Source of the DNA: Dysgonamonadaceae bacterium
Lineage (GTDB): Bacteria > Bacteroidota > Bacteroidia > Bacteroidales > Azobacteroidaceae
Length of the DNA stretch: 64,000 bases
Direction of reading: 5' to 3'
NCBI GenBank assembly: GCA_031253625.1
Contig: JAIRVZ010000128.1
Location: forward strand, 31,307-95,306
Shown here: positions 46,364 through 56,919 of the stretch, piece by piece
Numbering within the stretch: position 1 is the stretch's first letter
Layout: each line of letters begins with the position of its first letter
Program-made: the position numbers and the translations under genes
The notes under the pieces: model-generated
What the model saw: only the letters and a program-made list of their open reading frames with translations
Database searches by the model: none
What the model was told of the DNA's origin: nothing

Positions 46364-46477
46364 TCTATAAATTTTTGTGCAAAATTAAGGAAAACTTATC
46401 GCTTATTTTTATAGTTTTGTGCATAAATTCTAAAAAAGTGCCTTATCAGAAAAATTAAGTACATAATTTTCGGAAGT

Positions 46478-49400
46478 TTGCTTTTCCTGTGTTTGTTTTA
46501 TATCATTCCTGCAGGCCTGTTGTCTATTCCTTGGGTGCAAAAAAAGATCTCGGTAATTGTTTCCGAAAAACTTCATGACACTTTAGGTGTACCGGTTAGT
46601 ATCGGTAACATTAATTTTAAGTTATTCAATAAACTTGTTATAAGAGACGTATATCTGGAAGATCAACAAGGAGAAGTTTTGCTTCAAGTCAAACGTTTGG
46701 GAGTTGGATTTGATTTTTTGCCTTTGTTCAGGGGTGAAATAAGATTCAATTCTGCGCAATTGTCTTGTTTTCAATTTAATTTGACGAAAGAAAACGATCA
46801 ATCTCCTCTTAATCTTCAATTTGTAATCGATGCTTTTGCGAGTAGAGATACAACGAAAAAGAAAAGCAATATTGATTTGGCGATTAAAAGTCTTAGTTTA
46901 CAAAAAGGAGTTTTTACTTTCAATGTACAGGATGCTCCGGAAACTCAAGGGAAGTTTAATGCTAAGCGCATGGAATTGAGAGATATATCTTCCAAAATTC
47001 GAATCGAAAATTTAACGAATTCAGAGTTAGTAGCTAAGATCGACCGGTTTAGTTTTAAAGAACAATCAGGATTAGTTGTCCGAAGAATTGCTTTTGGGTT
47101 GGATTTTTCAAAAGACAGCGCTTCAATAAAAAAACTGGAAATACTCTTGCCACATAGTTCTTTGGTGATGGAAAACGTTTTTGCTGATTTCAAAGACGTT
47201 TCCGGTATGAACGATTATATTAATAATTCGCTAATCTCATTGCAAATATCTCCTTCCAAAATTTGTTTGCAAGATCTAAAAGCCTTTGTGCCTGCTTTTG
47301 CCAACGACAAGGATTTGTTGAACGTTCAAGGAAAAGTTTCCGGCAAAATGAATAATCTCCAATTAATCGACTTTTTGTTGACTGATCATGATAGATTGTC
47401 ATTCCAAGCCGATATGTCGCTCGAAAATTTAACTAACGAGGAAGAAATATTTATTTTCGGAGCAGTGAAGAGATCTTTTGTTTCTGCTGCCGAAATAGAA
47501 AGAATTGCGAATATTTTCAGCGAAAACCCGATTAATCTTCCACAAGAAGTTTTCCGATTGGGAAATGTCCGGTTTGAAGGTGAAATATCCGGTCGTTTTC
47601 GCCATCTGACAGCTTTTGGGTTGTTCAGTACAGATATTGGGAATATACGCACAGATATTGTTATCGGGAAAAACCGGACAAATTTCATCAGAGGTACAAT
47701 CAGATCACATGATATTGACTTGAGAAGGCTCCTTTTGAATGATAATTACGGAATTGTCAATTTCAATATTTTGGTAGATGCGCAACAAAACCAGAATAAT
47801 AAATACGAAGGAACTGTGAATGCTCAAGTTAACAGCATTGAATTTAAGCGTTATACTTACGAAAATATTAACTTTAAAGGCGATTTTACCGAGAATAGCT
47901 TTAAAGGAACACTTGATATCGACAATCCTAATGGTAAATTGTCTTCTAAAGGATTTGTTCAGTTGAATGGAGATAAATCTGTGTTTAATTTTTTAGCCAA
48001 GGCCGAACATATTAAATTGGATCAATTAAACTTAAGCAAGAAGTATATAGATTCGGATTTGTCATTCAAATTAAAGGTCGATTTCACCGGAAATAATATA
48101 GATAATTTATTGGGTCGCATCGGTATAAAAGATGTCCAGTTTAAAACCAAAGACGGAGAATATAATTTAGATACGTTGTCTGTTTCATCTTACATAACAG
48201 AAATGAATGATAAGGTGCTGAGTGTCAACTCGGATTTACTAAAAGGAACTATGGTTGGCAATTATTCGCTCAAAGATATTGTTCCTGCACTTCGGGAAAC
48301 CGGAAGCCTTTTCTTACCCGCAATTATTAAAGCACCCCAAAAGAAAGTTGTTTCGAAAAATAATGTTAAACTGGATATAACCATCGGAGATTTGGAGCAG
48401 GTTGCATCTGTTTTCGATCTGCCTTTTGTTTTGTATGAAAATACGATAATAAAGGGCAATTACAATCATGACTCCATCAAATTTAATATGGAAGTATTGT
48501 TGCCCAAGAGTTTAATAAATAAAATGCAATTAAAAGATTGCTATATCAAGCTTGAAAATAAAAATGATAAAGAGGCGATACTTTTGGTTGATGTGACTCA
48601 GTTAAAGGGAAATAAAACGAATAAGATTGCGTCTACTTTTAATATTTCCGATAATAAAATTTCTTCGAAACTGAAGTGGAACAATAGAACTGACCAATAT
48701 AACGGTATTATTAATATTTTGGCCACACTGACGGAGCAACCGGGAACTTTTCCTCTAAAAACCGAAATAGACTTGTTGGAATCGAAAGTAACCTTTAAAG
48801 ATTCTATTTGGAATATCAATCCTTCGCAGATCGTTTTGGATTCGGCCAAAATAAAAATAAATCAATTATATCTGAATCATGCCGATCAGCATGTGAAAGT
48901 AAATGGAGTGATTTCAAAATATCCGGAAGACAGCCTTTGGGTCGATTTGAACAAGGTAAATTTGGATTATATATTTGATATTATAAATCTTCGTGCATTT
49001 GAATTAGGAGGAATTGTTTCGGGAACTGCTACAGGAAACGATTTATATCATACTCGGCAATTGTCTACAAACTTGAGTGTTGAAGCCTTTTCTTTCAATA
49101 AGTCAGTGGTAGGAGATCTAACTTTACTTGGGACATGGGATGACGAAAAACAAGGAATTCAAATGTTGGGCGATGTTTATAAAAACGATTCCAGCAGTAT
49201 GAAAGTCGATGGGATGATTTTCCCCGTAAAAAAAGCCTTGGATTTCAAATTCAATGCAAAGAATGTCGATGCATCTTTTCTCCGGCGATATTTGGATAAG
49301 GTAACTAAAGATATTTCCGGATTGGTCACCGGAGAAGTTAACTTATTTGGTAATTTCTCGAACATTACATTTTCAGGAGATGCTTTTGTAAAAAACGGAA

Positions 49401-50920
49401 GTTTTAGAATTGACTTTTTGAACACGACTTATACTTTCTCCGATTATATACACTTGAAACCGGATGAAATTTCTATTAATAATGTTACATTTTATGATAA
49501 GTTCGGAAACAAAGCATTGGTTAATGGCTCTGTAAAACACCATTATTTAAATGATTTTGTATTTTCAGCCAATATGAATGCAAATAACTTCTTGGTTTTT
49601 AATGCAACAGAGCGGGCAAATCCCTTATTTTTTGGAACTGCATTCGGGACGGGGCGTCTTGATATCACCGGAAATGAAAGTCAAATTGATTTCGACATAA
49701 GAATGAGAACCAATGAAAATACCAGAATAACATTGAATTTCATGGAACAAAGCGATGTCGTTGAATATAATTTTATCAATTTTGTTTCAAGAAATGCTCC
49801 CGAACCCATCACCTTAGATAAGATATTTTCTCAATACGCCAGCAAGCCCATTTACATGAGATCTGAATCGGGGGCGGATCTCAGATTTAATTTGCAATTA
49901 GCAGCAACTCCGGATGCTACCATCGAGTTAATCATGGATCCGGTCAGCGGAGATAGAATTAAAGGTTCCGGACAGGGAAATATCAATATTCAATATGGGA
50001 CAAATTCACCGCTGAAACTTTTTGGAAGATTTGTGTTGGAAAGAGGAACGTATAATTTTAGTTTGCAGCAGGTTATACATCGAGAATTCCAAATTCGCAG
50101 TGGAAGTTATGTTGCATTCAATGGCGATCCTTTTGCTGCAACTTTAGATGTTACAGCCATTTATGCACTTTCTGCTAATATTTCTGATTTGAGTGAAAGC
50201 TTGGCACAAGATAGAATGCGCATCCCGATTAATTGTGTTTTGAAAATTACCGGTGCTTTGGAACGACCGAATATTAAATTTGATATTGAGGCTCCGAATT
50301 CAGATGCAAGTCTTGAGCGGCAAATCAGGGCGTTTATCAGCACAGAGGAAATGATGAACCGTCAAGTGATTTATTTATTGGCTCTCAATAGATTTTATAC
50401 TTTAGAGTCATCGGGAGGGACAACTACACAAAGAAATAATGCATTAGCCGATCTTCTCGCATCTACTTTTTCATCTCAGCTATCGAGTTTGTTGGGCTCC
50501 ATAAGTGAGAATGTTCAGGTTGGAGCATTCTATACAACAAACAACAATAGTGCTTTTTCGGATACGGAAATGGCACTTATGTTATCCAGTCAGTTGTTGA
50601 ATAACCGATTGATTATCAATGGTAATTTTGGCTACAGGGACAATCCGATAAGGAATACGAGTTTTATTGGCGATTTTGATGTGGAATTTAAACTTACGAG
50701 AGTAGGCGATATTCGTTTGAGAGCATATAACCATTATAACGACAGAATTTATTCTCTTCGATCTGCTTATACAACACAAGGTCTCGGGCTTTTATTCATA
50801 AGAGATTTCAATAATTTCAGGTATCTCTTTAGAAGAAGAACATTTCCCGTTTCTCCACTTTCGGTGCCGACGCCACCGGTTGTGACGAACGATTCGATTA
50901 CTTCATATATTTTTCATTAA
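46478..50920 (+). CDS. tamB: Translocation and assembly module protein TamB-like (DUF490 C-terminus)
   Basis: 1480-aa ORF with an N-terminal TM anchor and long beta-rich sequence, divergent from tsaD. The start is uncertain (see findings). Confidence 0.75.
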   Translation: MLFLCLFYIIPAGLLSIPWVQKKISVIVSEKLHDTLGVPVSIGNINFKLFNKLVIRDVYLEDQQGEVLLQVKRLGVGFDFLPLFRGEIRFNSAQLSCFQFNLTKENDQSPLNLQFVIDAFASRDTTKKKSNIDLAIKSLSLQKGVFTFNVQDAPETQGKFNAKRMELRDISSKIRIENLTNSELVAKIDRFSFKEQSGLVVRRIAFGLDFSKDSASIKKLEILLPHSSLVMENVFADFKDVSGMNDYINNSLISLQISPSKICLQDLKAFVPAFANDKDLLNVQGKVSGKMNNLQLIDFLLTDHDRLSFQADMSLENLTNEEEIFIFGAVKRSFVSAAEIERIANIFSENPINLPQEVFRLGNVRFEGEISGRFRHLTAFGLFSTDIGNIRTDIVIGKNRTNFIRGTIRSHDIDLRRLLLNDNYGIVNFNILVDAQQNQNNKYEGTVNAQVNSIEFKRYTYENINFKGDFTENSFKGTLDIDNPNGKLSSKGFVQLNGDKSVFNFLAKAEHIKLDQLNLSKKYIDSDLSFKLKVDFTGNNIDNLLGRIGIKDVQFKTKDGEYNLDTLSVSSYITEMNDKVLSVNSDLLKGTMVGNYSLKDIVPALRETGSLFLPAIIKAPQKKVVSKNNVKLDITIGDLEQVASVFDLPFVLYENTIIKGNYNHDSIKFNMEVLLPKSLINKMQLKDCYIKLENKNDKEAILLVDVTQLKGNKTNKIASTFNISDNKISSKLKWNNRTDQYNGIINILATLTEQPGTFPLKTEIDLLESKVTFKDSIWNINPSQIVLDSAKIKINQLYLNHADQHVKVNGVISKYPEDSLWVDLNKVNLDYIFDIINLRAFELGGIVSGTATGNDLYHTRQLSTNLSVEAFSFNKSVVGDLTLLGTWDDEKQGIQMLGDVYKNDSSSMKVDGMIFPVKKALDFKFNAKNVDASFLRRYLDKVTKDISGLVTGEVNLFGNFSNITFSGDAFVKNGSFRIDFLNTTYTFSDYIHLKPDEISINNVTFYDKFGNKALVNGSVKHHYLNDFVFSANMNANNFLVFNATERANPLFFGTAFGTGRLDITGNESQIDFDIRMRTNENTRITLNFMEQSDVVEYNFINFVSRNAPEPITLDKIFSQYASKPIYMRSESGADLRFNLQLAATPDATIELIMDPVSGDRIKGSGQGNINIQYGTNSPLKLFGRFVLERGTYNFSLQQVIHREFQIRSGSYVAFNGDPFAATLDVTAIYALSANISDLSESLAQDRMRIPINCVLKITGALERPNIKFDIEAPNSDASLERQIRAFISTEEMMNRQVIYLLALNRFYTLESSGGTTTQRNNALADLLASTFSSQLSSLLGSISENVQVGAFYTTNNNSAFSDTEMALMLSSQLLNNRLIINGNFGYRDNPIRNTSFIGDFDVEFKLTRVGDIRLRAYNHYNDRIYSLRSAYTTQGLGLLFIRDFNNFRYLFRRRTFPVSPLSVPTPPVVTNDSITSYIFH

Positions 50921-52041
50921 AATACTTTACTCAACCAAAGTCCGAAGAAACGGTCATAAACAGAATAAATATTGTTTTCCTGTGTGATGATCTCTTTATC
51001 AAGAAGTTGCGTGGCACTTGTCTGTACCGACCCCGACGAATGTAAACCGTGCTTTTTGATAAATGCCCCTGAAGTAATGCCTTTAGCCTTTCCTTCTTTT
51101 GCAATGGCAAAAAGTAATTCTCTTTGCCGTTCAGGCAATAGATTTAATGTATTAGCAAACAAATTTTCATACGAAAAAATCCTGCTGTTTATTGCTTCAA
51201 AAAATTGCTCTTCCGTACATTCCTCATCTTCATTTAGTAGCGAAAAAAGTTCGTTGTAAATCGCTTGAACATACCAAGTGTGCCCTTCAAAAAGTTGGTA
51301 TGCTTTTTTGATCAACTCTTTGGAAATTCGCTTTTTCCCCAATGTGAAAAGTCGACTTGCAAACTCTGTATATGCTTTCTCATCAATAACATCAAGAGTT
51401 AATAGAGCAGCACTTTGATAGAAAGGTCGTGAAGACGAGAAAAAAATATTTTGTAAAATATGCCTTTGACTTCCTGCAAACACAAATGTAGCATTTTTGC
51501 AATGCTGAACATACGTTCTTATTATTGCCTCAACGTTTTTTTCGGGATATTTGGCGATTTGTTGAAATTCATCAATAGCCACAATGCAAGGTTTATTGGC
51601 AAAGTCAATGTATTTAAAAATCTCTTCGAGCGTAAACTCCGGACTGCGAATATCGCCAATGCCAATATCAAAAACAGGTGTTCCGCTAATTTCGTCGAGT
51701 TTAAAAGCCGGGCGTAACGATGTTATGATTGAAAAAAACTGTTCAACAAACTTTTTACCTTTAGGCTTCAGACGTTCGAAAATTTCCTTACCTAACTTGA
51801 AAACAAACTCGCTGAGGTTGTTTGTTGCATAAATATCAATGTAGAATGTGTAGAAATGTTTTTGAATTTTGTTTTGCTGAAAACAATGCTCAATCAATCT
51901 TGTTTTTCCCATTCTGCGAGGAGAAATTAACACCAAATTGTTGCCGTTTGTTACTTTTCGGATAAACTCTGCACTTTCTTTTTCTCTGTCGCAGAAATAG
52001 TCTGAAGAAATATAACCGCTTATTATAAAAGGATTTCTCAT
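50917..52041 (-). CDS. AAA/ATPase_2-family ATP-binding protein (archaeal-type ATPase with C-terminal winged-helix-like region)
   Basis: FCDREKE...LVLISPRRMGKTRL (Walker A) and IVAIDEFQ (Walker B). Its stop codon overlaps the convergent tamB stop. Confidence 0.7.
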   Translation of the reverse strand: MRNPFIISGYISSDYFCDREKESAEFIRKVTNGNNLVLISPRRMGKTRLIEHCFQQNKIQKHFYTFYIDIYATNNLSEFVFKLGKEIFERLKPKGKKFVEQFFSIITSLRPAFKLDEISGTPVFDIGIGDIRSPEFTLEEIFKYIDFANKPCIVAIDEFQQIAKYPEKNVEAIIRTYVQHCKNATFVFAGSQRHILQNIFFSSSRPFYQSAALLTLDVIDEKAYTEFASRLFTLGKKRISKELIKKAYQLFEGHTWYVQAIYNELFSLLNEDEECTEEQFFEAINSRIFSYENLFANTLNLLPERQRELLFAIAKEGKAKGITSGAFIKKHGLHSSGSVQTSATQLLDKEIITQENNIYSVYDRFFGLWLSKVF

Positions 52042-52077
52042 AAAAATATAATTTTCTACAAAAGTAATTATTATTTT

Positions 52078-52134
52078 TTGATTATCAAATTTTAATAATC
52101 AAATTTTGATTATCATTTTTTAATAATCAAATTT
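52078..52134. repeat. About four tandem 14-bp repeats T(G/A)AT(T/A)ATCA(A/T)(A/T)TTT
   Basis: Reads TTGATTATCAAATTT, TAATAATCAAATTT, TGATTATCATTTTT and TAATAATCAAATTT, in the divergent region between the ATPase and exonuclease genes. Confidence 0.8.
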
Positions 52135-52220
52135 TAATAATGCAATCAGATGTGTTTTTTCTCCCTCTGCTTTGTTTTGGTATAGTTAAAACCTAACTTT
52201 GCAGAAAAATAAAAAGAACA

Positions 52221-52721
52221 ATGAAAAACTTTGCTGCCATTGATTTTGAAACCGCCAATCATCATCCTTCAAGTGTGTGTAGCGTAGGCATAGTGATTGT
52301 TCGTGATGGATTGATTACCGATAAAATTTATCGCTTAATTCGTCCCGAACCGGAATGGTATTCCTATTGGAACACGCAGATTCACGGATTGACCGCAACT
52401 GATACTGCCAACGAAAAAGTTTTTTCGCATGTATGGAAAGAAATTGCACCGAAAATCGAAGATTTACCTTTAGTGGCACATAACAGTCCTTTCGACGAAG
52501 GCTGTTTGCGGGCAGCACATCGCGTTTATCAAATGGATTATCCCGATTATGAATTTCATTGTACCTGTCGTACCTCTCGAAAAACGTTTGGGAAATTGTT
52601 GCCCAATCATCAATTGCACACTGTTGCAGCACATTGCGGATTCGACTTGATGAACCACCATCATGCTTTAGCTGATGCGGAAGCTTGTGCATGGATAGCC
52701 TTGAAAATTATTTCCAAATAA
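52221..52721 (+). CDS. DEDDh 3'-5' exonuclease (DnaQ/epsilon-like domain protein)
   Basis: Exo motifs AIDFETAN, AHNSPFDEG and HHALADAEA. A TAacTTTG box lies at 52194-52201, with TTTG at 52171. Confidence 0.8.
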   Translation: MKNFAAIDFETANHHPSSVCSVGIVIVRDGLITDKIYRLIRPEPEWYSYWNTQIHGLTATDTANEKVFSHVWKEIAPKIEDLPLVAHNSPFDEGCLRAAHRVYQMDYPDYEFHCTCRTSRKTFGKLLPNHQLHTVAAHCGFDLMNHHHALADAEACAWIALKIISK

Positions 52722-52773
52722 AAAATGGTTTGCATAATAATAGCATTACCTTTGCGGCAAATTATTATCTGAG

Positions 52774-53709
52774 ATGAACAGGACAAAGCTGGAAGGCCAC
52801 TTGATTGTAGCTACTGTCAGCACTATTTTCGGTTTAAATTTGATTGTTTCTAAGTTAGTCATTCCGAATGAAATTTCTCCCGGAGGATTGACTTTGGCTC
52901 GTATTCTTTTTGGTTGCATCGCTTTTTGGGTAACTTCTTTATTTACTAAAAAAGAAAAAATGGAAAAAAGCGATTTGTTGATGGTTTTTATTTGTTCCCT
53001 AACCGGGTTGGTATTAAATCAAGGAACCTTTTTGATTGGATTGAGTTCAACTTCTCCTGTAGATGCCTCTGTTTTAACCACATGCAGTCCGATGTTTGTA
53101 ATTGTCTTGGCATTCCTTTTTCTGAAGGAACCTATCACATGGAAAAAAGCCGGAGGAGTATTGATTGGTGCATCCGGAGCTATTTTCTTAGTTCTTTCCG
53201 GACATCACGTCGGAGGACAACATGCCGGTAGCGCATCCGGAAATCTGCTGATAATAACAAGCGGTTTTATGTATGCCATTTATTTAACGATAGCTAAACC
53301 GTTGACGTTGAAATACGGTTCCGTAACAATAATGAAATGGATGTTTTTGTTTGCAGCGGTAACGTTACTCCCGTTTTTTTACAATGATCTGATAGAAAGT
53401 CCGGCATTTCAAGCACCTTATAATCCGAATACGTTTGGGTATTTGTTTTTTATTCTTTTCGGTGCTACATACCTTACTTACGTCATGATTCCGATGGCAT
53501 TAAAACGAATTCGCCCGACAACATTCAGTATGTATAATTATATACAACCGTTGATAGCATCTTTAGTTGCAACTTCCATCGGACAAGATACCATTACATG
53601 GGAAAAAATTGTATCTGCCGCCTTTATTTTCACAGGGGTTTATTTGGTTGCAATCAGTAAATCGAGAGCAGATATGGAAGCAGAAGCGACTAAAAATTTG
53701 CAAAATTAA
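52774..53709 (+). CDS. EamA/DMT-family transporter
   Basis: 311 aa, about 10 TM segments in two EamA-like halves. Confidence 0.75.
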   Translation: MNRTKLEGHLIVATVSTIFGLNLIVSKLVIPNEISPGGLTLARILFGCIAFWVTSLFTKKEKMEKSDLLMVFICSLTGLVLNQGTFLIGLSSTSPVDASVLTTCSPMFVIVLAFLFLKEPITWKKAGGVLIGASGAIFLVLSGHHVGGQHAGSASGNLLIITSGFMYAIYLTIAKPLTLKYGSVTIMKWMFLFAAVTLLPFFYNDLIESPAFQAPYNPNTFGYLFFILFGATYLTYVMIPMALKRIRPTTFSMYNYIQPLIASLVATSIGQDTITWEKIVSAAFIFTGVYLVAISKSRADMEAEATKNLQN

Positions 53710-53749
53710 AAAAATGTATTACCTTTGCGTCCGCAATTACAAAAGATTT

Positions 53750-53831
53750 GCGGCTGTGGCGTAATTGGCAGCCGCGCCAGACTTAGGATCTGGTGCCGAG
53801 AGGCGTGGGGGTTCGAGTCCCTTCAGCCGCA
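53750..53831 (+). tRNA. tRNA-Leu (anticodon TAG), class II with long variable arm
   Basis: Acceptor GCGGCTG pairs with CAGCCGC. Anticodon stem CCAGA/TCTGG with loop CTTAGGA. Variable arm GCCGAGAGGC and T-loop TTCGAGT. A TAccTTTG box lies at 53720-53727. No encoded CCA. Confidence 0.85.
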
Positions 53832-53833
53832 CA

Positions 53834-53870
53834 AAAAAATCTCTTCAATTAACTTTGGAGAGATTTTTTG
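53834..53870 (+). terminator. Rho-independent terminator after tRNA-Leu
   Basis: AAAAATCTCTTC...GGAGAGATTTTTT hairpin with a U-tract. Confidence 0.7.
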
Positions 53871-53957
53871 TTGCTCAACTCTTTTTGACATTGTCTATTG
53901 CAAAAATTCCTCTAAATAACTACTTTTGTGGCTCGAAACAATTTATTATCAACCGAT

Positions 53958-55433
53958 ATGGAAAATCAGCTTTATATCTACAATACACTCGACAGGAAGA
54001 AAGAAGTTTTTGAACCGATAAACCCACCGCACGTGGGTATGTACGTGTGCGGACCTACTGTTTACAGTGATGTGCATTTGGGTAACTGTCGCACGTTTAT
54101 TTCATTCGATTTAATTTATCGGTATCTATTGCATCTTGGATACAAAGTGCGTTATGTGCGCAATATTACCGATGCGGGGCATTTGGAGGGAGATAATGAT
54201 GAGGGCGACGACAAATTCGCAAAAAAAGCCAAACTCGAACAGTTAGAGCCCATGGAAATCGTGCAAAAATATACGCTTGGTTTTCATGAAATTCTGCGCA
54301 TTTTTAACACACTTCCGCCAAGTATTGAGCCTACGGCTACAGGGCACATTATGGAACAAATCGAAATGATTAAAGAAATCATTGCTAACGGATATGCTTA
54401 TGAGATAGACGGAACGGTGTATTTCGATGTGGAAAAATACAGCCAAACGTGCAATTACGGCATCTTAACAAACAGAAAACTAGAAGATTTGCTCGAAGGA
54501 ACACGCGAACTCGGCGGACAAGACGAAAAACGCGGTCGCCTCGATTTTGCCCTTTGGATAAAAGCCAAACCCGAAACGCTTATGCAATGGCATTCGCCTT
54601 GGGGTTGGGGATTTCCGGGTTGGCACATCGAGTGTTCGGCAATGAGTACCAAGTATTTAGGTACAACATTCGACATTCACGGCGGTGGAATGGATTTACA
54701 AGCCACGCATCACACTAACGAAATAGCCCAATCAGAAGCGTGTAACCACACCGCACCCGCCAAATATTGGGTACACACGAATATGCTCACGGTAAACGGT
54801 GCGCGTATGTCAAAAACGGCAGGAAACGGATTTTTGCCGAAGGAGCTATTTACCGGCAATCACCCACTGCTCGAAAGAGGTTATTCGCCGATGACTGTAC
54901 GATTTTTTATGGCGCAGTCGCATTATCGCAGTACGCTTGATTTCAGCAATGAAGCACTGCAAGCTGCTGAAAAAGGATACAAAAAACTGATGGAAAGTCT
55001 TTCTACATTGGAAAAGATTATTCCGTCTGAAACGTCAAGTGTAAGCATCGCCGCACTGCACGATAACTGTTACACTGCAATGAACGACGACTTCAACAGT
55101 CCTGTCCTTATTTCGCATCTCTTTGAAGCTGTGCGTATTATCAATTCTGCCAATGATGGCAACGAAACACTGACCGCTAACGATTTGGAAATATTAAAAT
55201 CGTTGGTGCGCACATTTGTTTTTGATGTGCTCGGATTGATTGATGAAACCAAAGCGGCAGGCGCAAACGGCAATGCTATCAGCGGATTAATGGATTTGAT
55301 TAACGACATTCGCAAAACGGCTCGTGCCAATAAAGACTGGGCAACATCCGATAAAATTAGAAACGAATTAACAGCCCTTGGTTTCGAAATCAAAGATACC
55401 AAAGACGGTTTTGAATGGAAATTGAACAAATAA
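53958..55433 (+). CDS. cysS: Cysteine--tRNA ligase
   Basis: [16 protein letters not shown] (HIGH region), the KMSKT motif (RMSKTAGN) and the zinc-binding region WHIECS. ATG at 53958 is preferred over the ORF-track start at 53928. Confidence 0.95.
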   Translation: MENQLYIYNTLDRKKEVFEPINPPHVGMYVCGPTVYSDVHLGNCRTFISFDLIYRYLLHLGYKVRYVRNITDAGHLEGDNDEGDDKFAKKAKLEQLEPMEIVQKYTLGFHEILRIFNTLPPSIEPTATGHIMEQIEMIKEIIANGYAYEIDGTVYFDVEKYSQTCNYGILTNRKLEDLLEGTRELGGQDEKRGRLDFALWIKAKPETLMQWHSPWGWGFPGWHIECSAMSTKYLGTTFDIHGGGMDLQATHHTNEIAQSEACNHTAPAKYWVHTNMLTVNGARMSKTAGNGFLPKELFTGNHPLLERGYSPMTVRFFMAQSHYRSTLDFSNEALQAAEKGYKKLMESLSTLEKIIPSETSSVSIAALHDNCYTAMNDDFNSPVLISHLFEAVRIINSANDGNETLTANDLEILKSLVRTFVFDVLGLIDETKAAGANGNAISGLMDLINDIRKTARANKDWATSDKIRNELTALGFEIKDTKDGFEWKLNK

Positions 55434-55436
55434 ATA

Positions 55437-55838
55437 ATGGAAATCAAAGAGTTTTTTGAACAAGACAGATATGCCGCTCTTTCGGGAATCGAATTAGTTG
55501 ACGTCAAACAGGGATGGGCAAAAGCTCGCATGGAGATTAAAGATATTCATCTTAACTCCGGTAATGTGGTGCAAGGCGGTGCTATTTTTACTTTGGCTGA
55601 TTTGGCTTTTGCTGCTGCGGTTAATTCTTATGGAAATCTGGCATTAGGAATTCAAACAAGCATCAGTTACTTAAAAAGCGCTACGAAAGGTACTTTATTT
55701 GCAGAAGCCAAGGTAATTAACTTGCATAAAAAATTGGCTTATTTCCATGTAGATGTAACGGATGATAATGGAAATTTGATTGCCGTTTTTACTGCAACAG
55801 CCTACAGGAAAGAAATTCCGCTACCTTTCAATGTTTAA
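55437..55838 (+). CDS. PaaI-family hotdog-fold thioesterase
   Basis: 133 aa with a NSGNVVQGGAIFTLADLAF motif. Confidence 0.75.
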   Translation: MEIKEFFEQDRYAALSGIELVDVKQGWAKARMEIKDIHLNSGNVVQGGAIFTLADLAFAAAVNSYGNLALGIQTSISYLKSATKGTLFAEAKVINLHKKLAYFHVDVTDDNGNLIAVFTATAYRKEIPLPFNV

Positions 55839-56511
55839 TCCGCAAATACAATTCACAGCCGACGGTTCTCATACGCTTTACATTCCGGAAATGGAAGAGC
55901 ATTATCATTCGGTCAACGGAGCCATTCAAGAATCTCTGCACGTATATATTGAAGCCGGATTAAATCAATGTAAAAAAGAGACAATCAATGTGTTGGAATT
56001 TGGTTTCGGCACAGGATTGAATGCTTTTTTGACAATTGTCGAAGCCGAAAAAAGAAACCTGAATTGTAAATCGGCATTAGCCAAAATCAATTATACAACT
56101 ATTGAGAAATATCCCTTGCCGGTAGCTATAACCAATCAATTAAACTATGCAAAAGAATTTGCTATAAAATACCAACCCTATTTTTCTAAAATACACACCT
56201 GTGAATGGGGAAATTTCGTAAAAATTTCAACTCATTTTCAAATCAAAAAGATACAATCCGATTTCTCAGATTTTCAATTTGAAGACAATTATGATGTGAT
56301 ATTTTACGATGCTTTTGCTCCCGACAAACAGTCTGATGTGTGGCCCCAGGAGATTTTCAATAAAATATTCCAACATTCCAATCCTAATGCAATTCTCACT
56401 ACTTATTGCGCCAAAGGCAATATCAGAAGAATGATGCAAGCAGCAGGATTCCAAACAGAAAGAATTCCCGGCCCTCCGGGAAAACGAGAGATGCTGCGAG
56501 CGAGGAAATGA
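55831..56511 (+). CDS. MnmC/MnmD-like SAM-dependent tRNA methyltransferase (DUF752 type)
   Basis: FTADGSHTLYIPEMEEHYHSVNGAIQES, LEFGFGTGLN and DAFAP motifs. ATG at 55831 overlaps the upstream stop by 8 nt. Confidence 0.7.
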   Translation: MFNPQIQFTADGSHTLYIPEMEEHYHSVNGAIQESLHVYIEAGLNQCKKETINVLEFGFGTGLNAFLTIVEAEKRNLNCKSALAKINYTTIEKYPLPVAITNQLNYAKEFAIKYQPYFSKIHTCEWGNFVKISTHFQIKKIQSDFSDFQFEDNYDVIFYDAFAPDKQSDVWPQEIFNKIFQHSNPNAILTTYCAKGNIRRMMQAAGFQTERIPGPPGKREMLRARK

Positions 56512-56919
56512 TAGAACGCAGATGACGCGGATAACGCGGATTTTCGCAGATTAATTACTTCTTTTTTTGATTCGTTTTTTCCAGATAAACTCTATTAAGT
56601 CTACCAAAGAGAAAATAGCAATCAGATGAAAAATACTGATATTGACGTTGAATAGCAAAGATGAAAGATAACTGAAAATTATTAGTAATAAGCTGACAGA
56701 TAATATATTGACAGGAAACTCAAACGGCTCAAAATATTTTATTTTCAGCGTTAATTTAAGGTGGCGGTTTCTTTTACCTGTTTGCAGCCAAACAAAGTGG
56801 CAGAAAGAGAATAAGCAGGTACAGCCTAATTCTCAAGAGCGGCATTTTTGTCTTCATGTTCTTCACGGTTATTGTGATTTCCGCAAAGATAATAATTTTT
56901 TCTAATGCTGCGAGCTACA

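Noticed and set aside
56513-56552. GCAGATGACGCGGATAACGCGGATTTTCGCAGAT repeat after the MnmD-like gene
   Set aside because: It looks like a member of a short dispersed intergenic repeat type common in Bacteroidota (ACGCGGAT / CGCAGAT units). It is probably a terminator-associated repeat and nothing specific can be inferred from one copy.
56551-56857. Possible minus-strand small membrane protein gene in the 408-nt gap after the MnmD-like gene
   Set aside because: An ATG-initiated 27-codon ORF (MKTKMPLLRIRLYLLILFLPLCLAANR) stops at a TAA. A hydrophobic ~95-codon frame continues in the +1 frame without any canonical start. This could be a frameshifted pseudogene, but there is no family assignment and no intact ORF, so it is not called.
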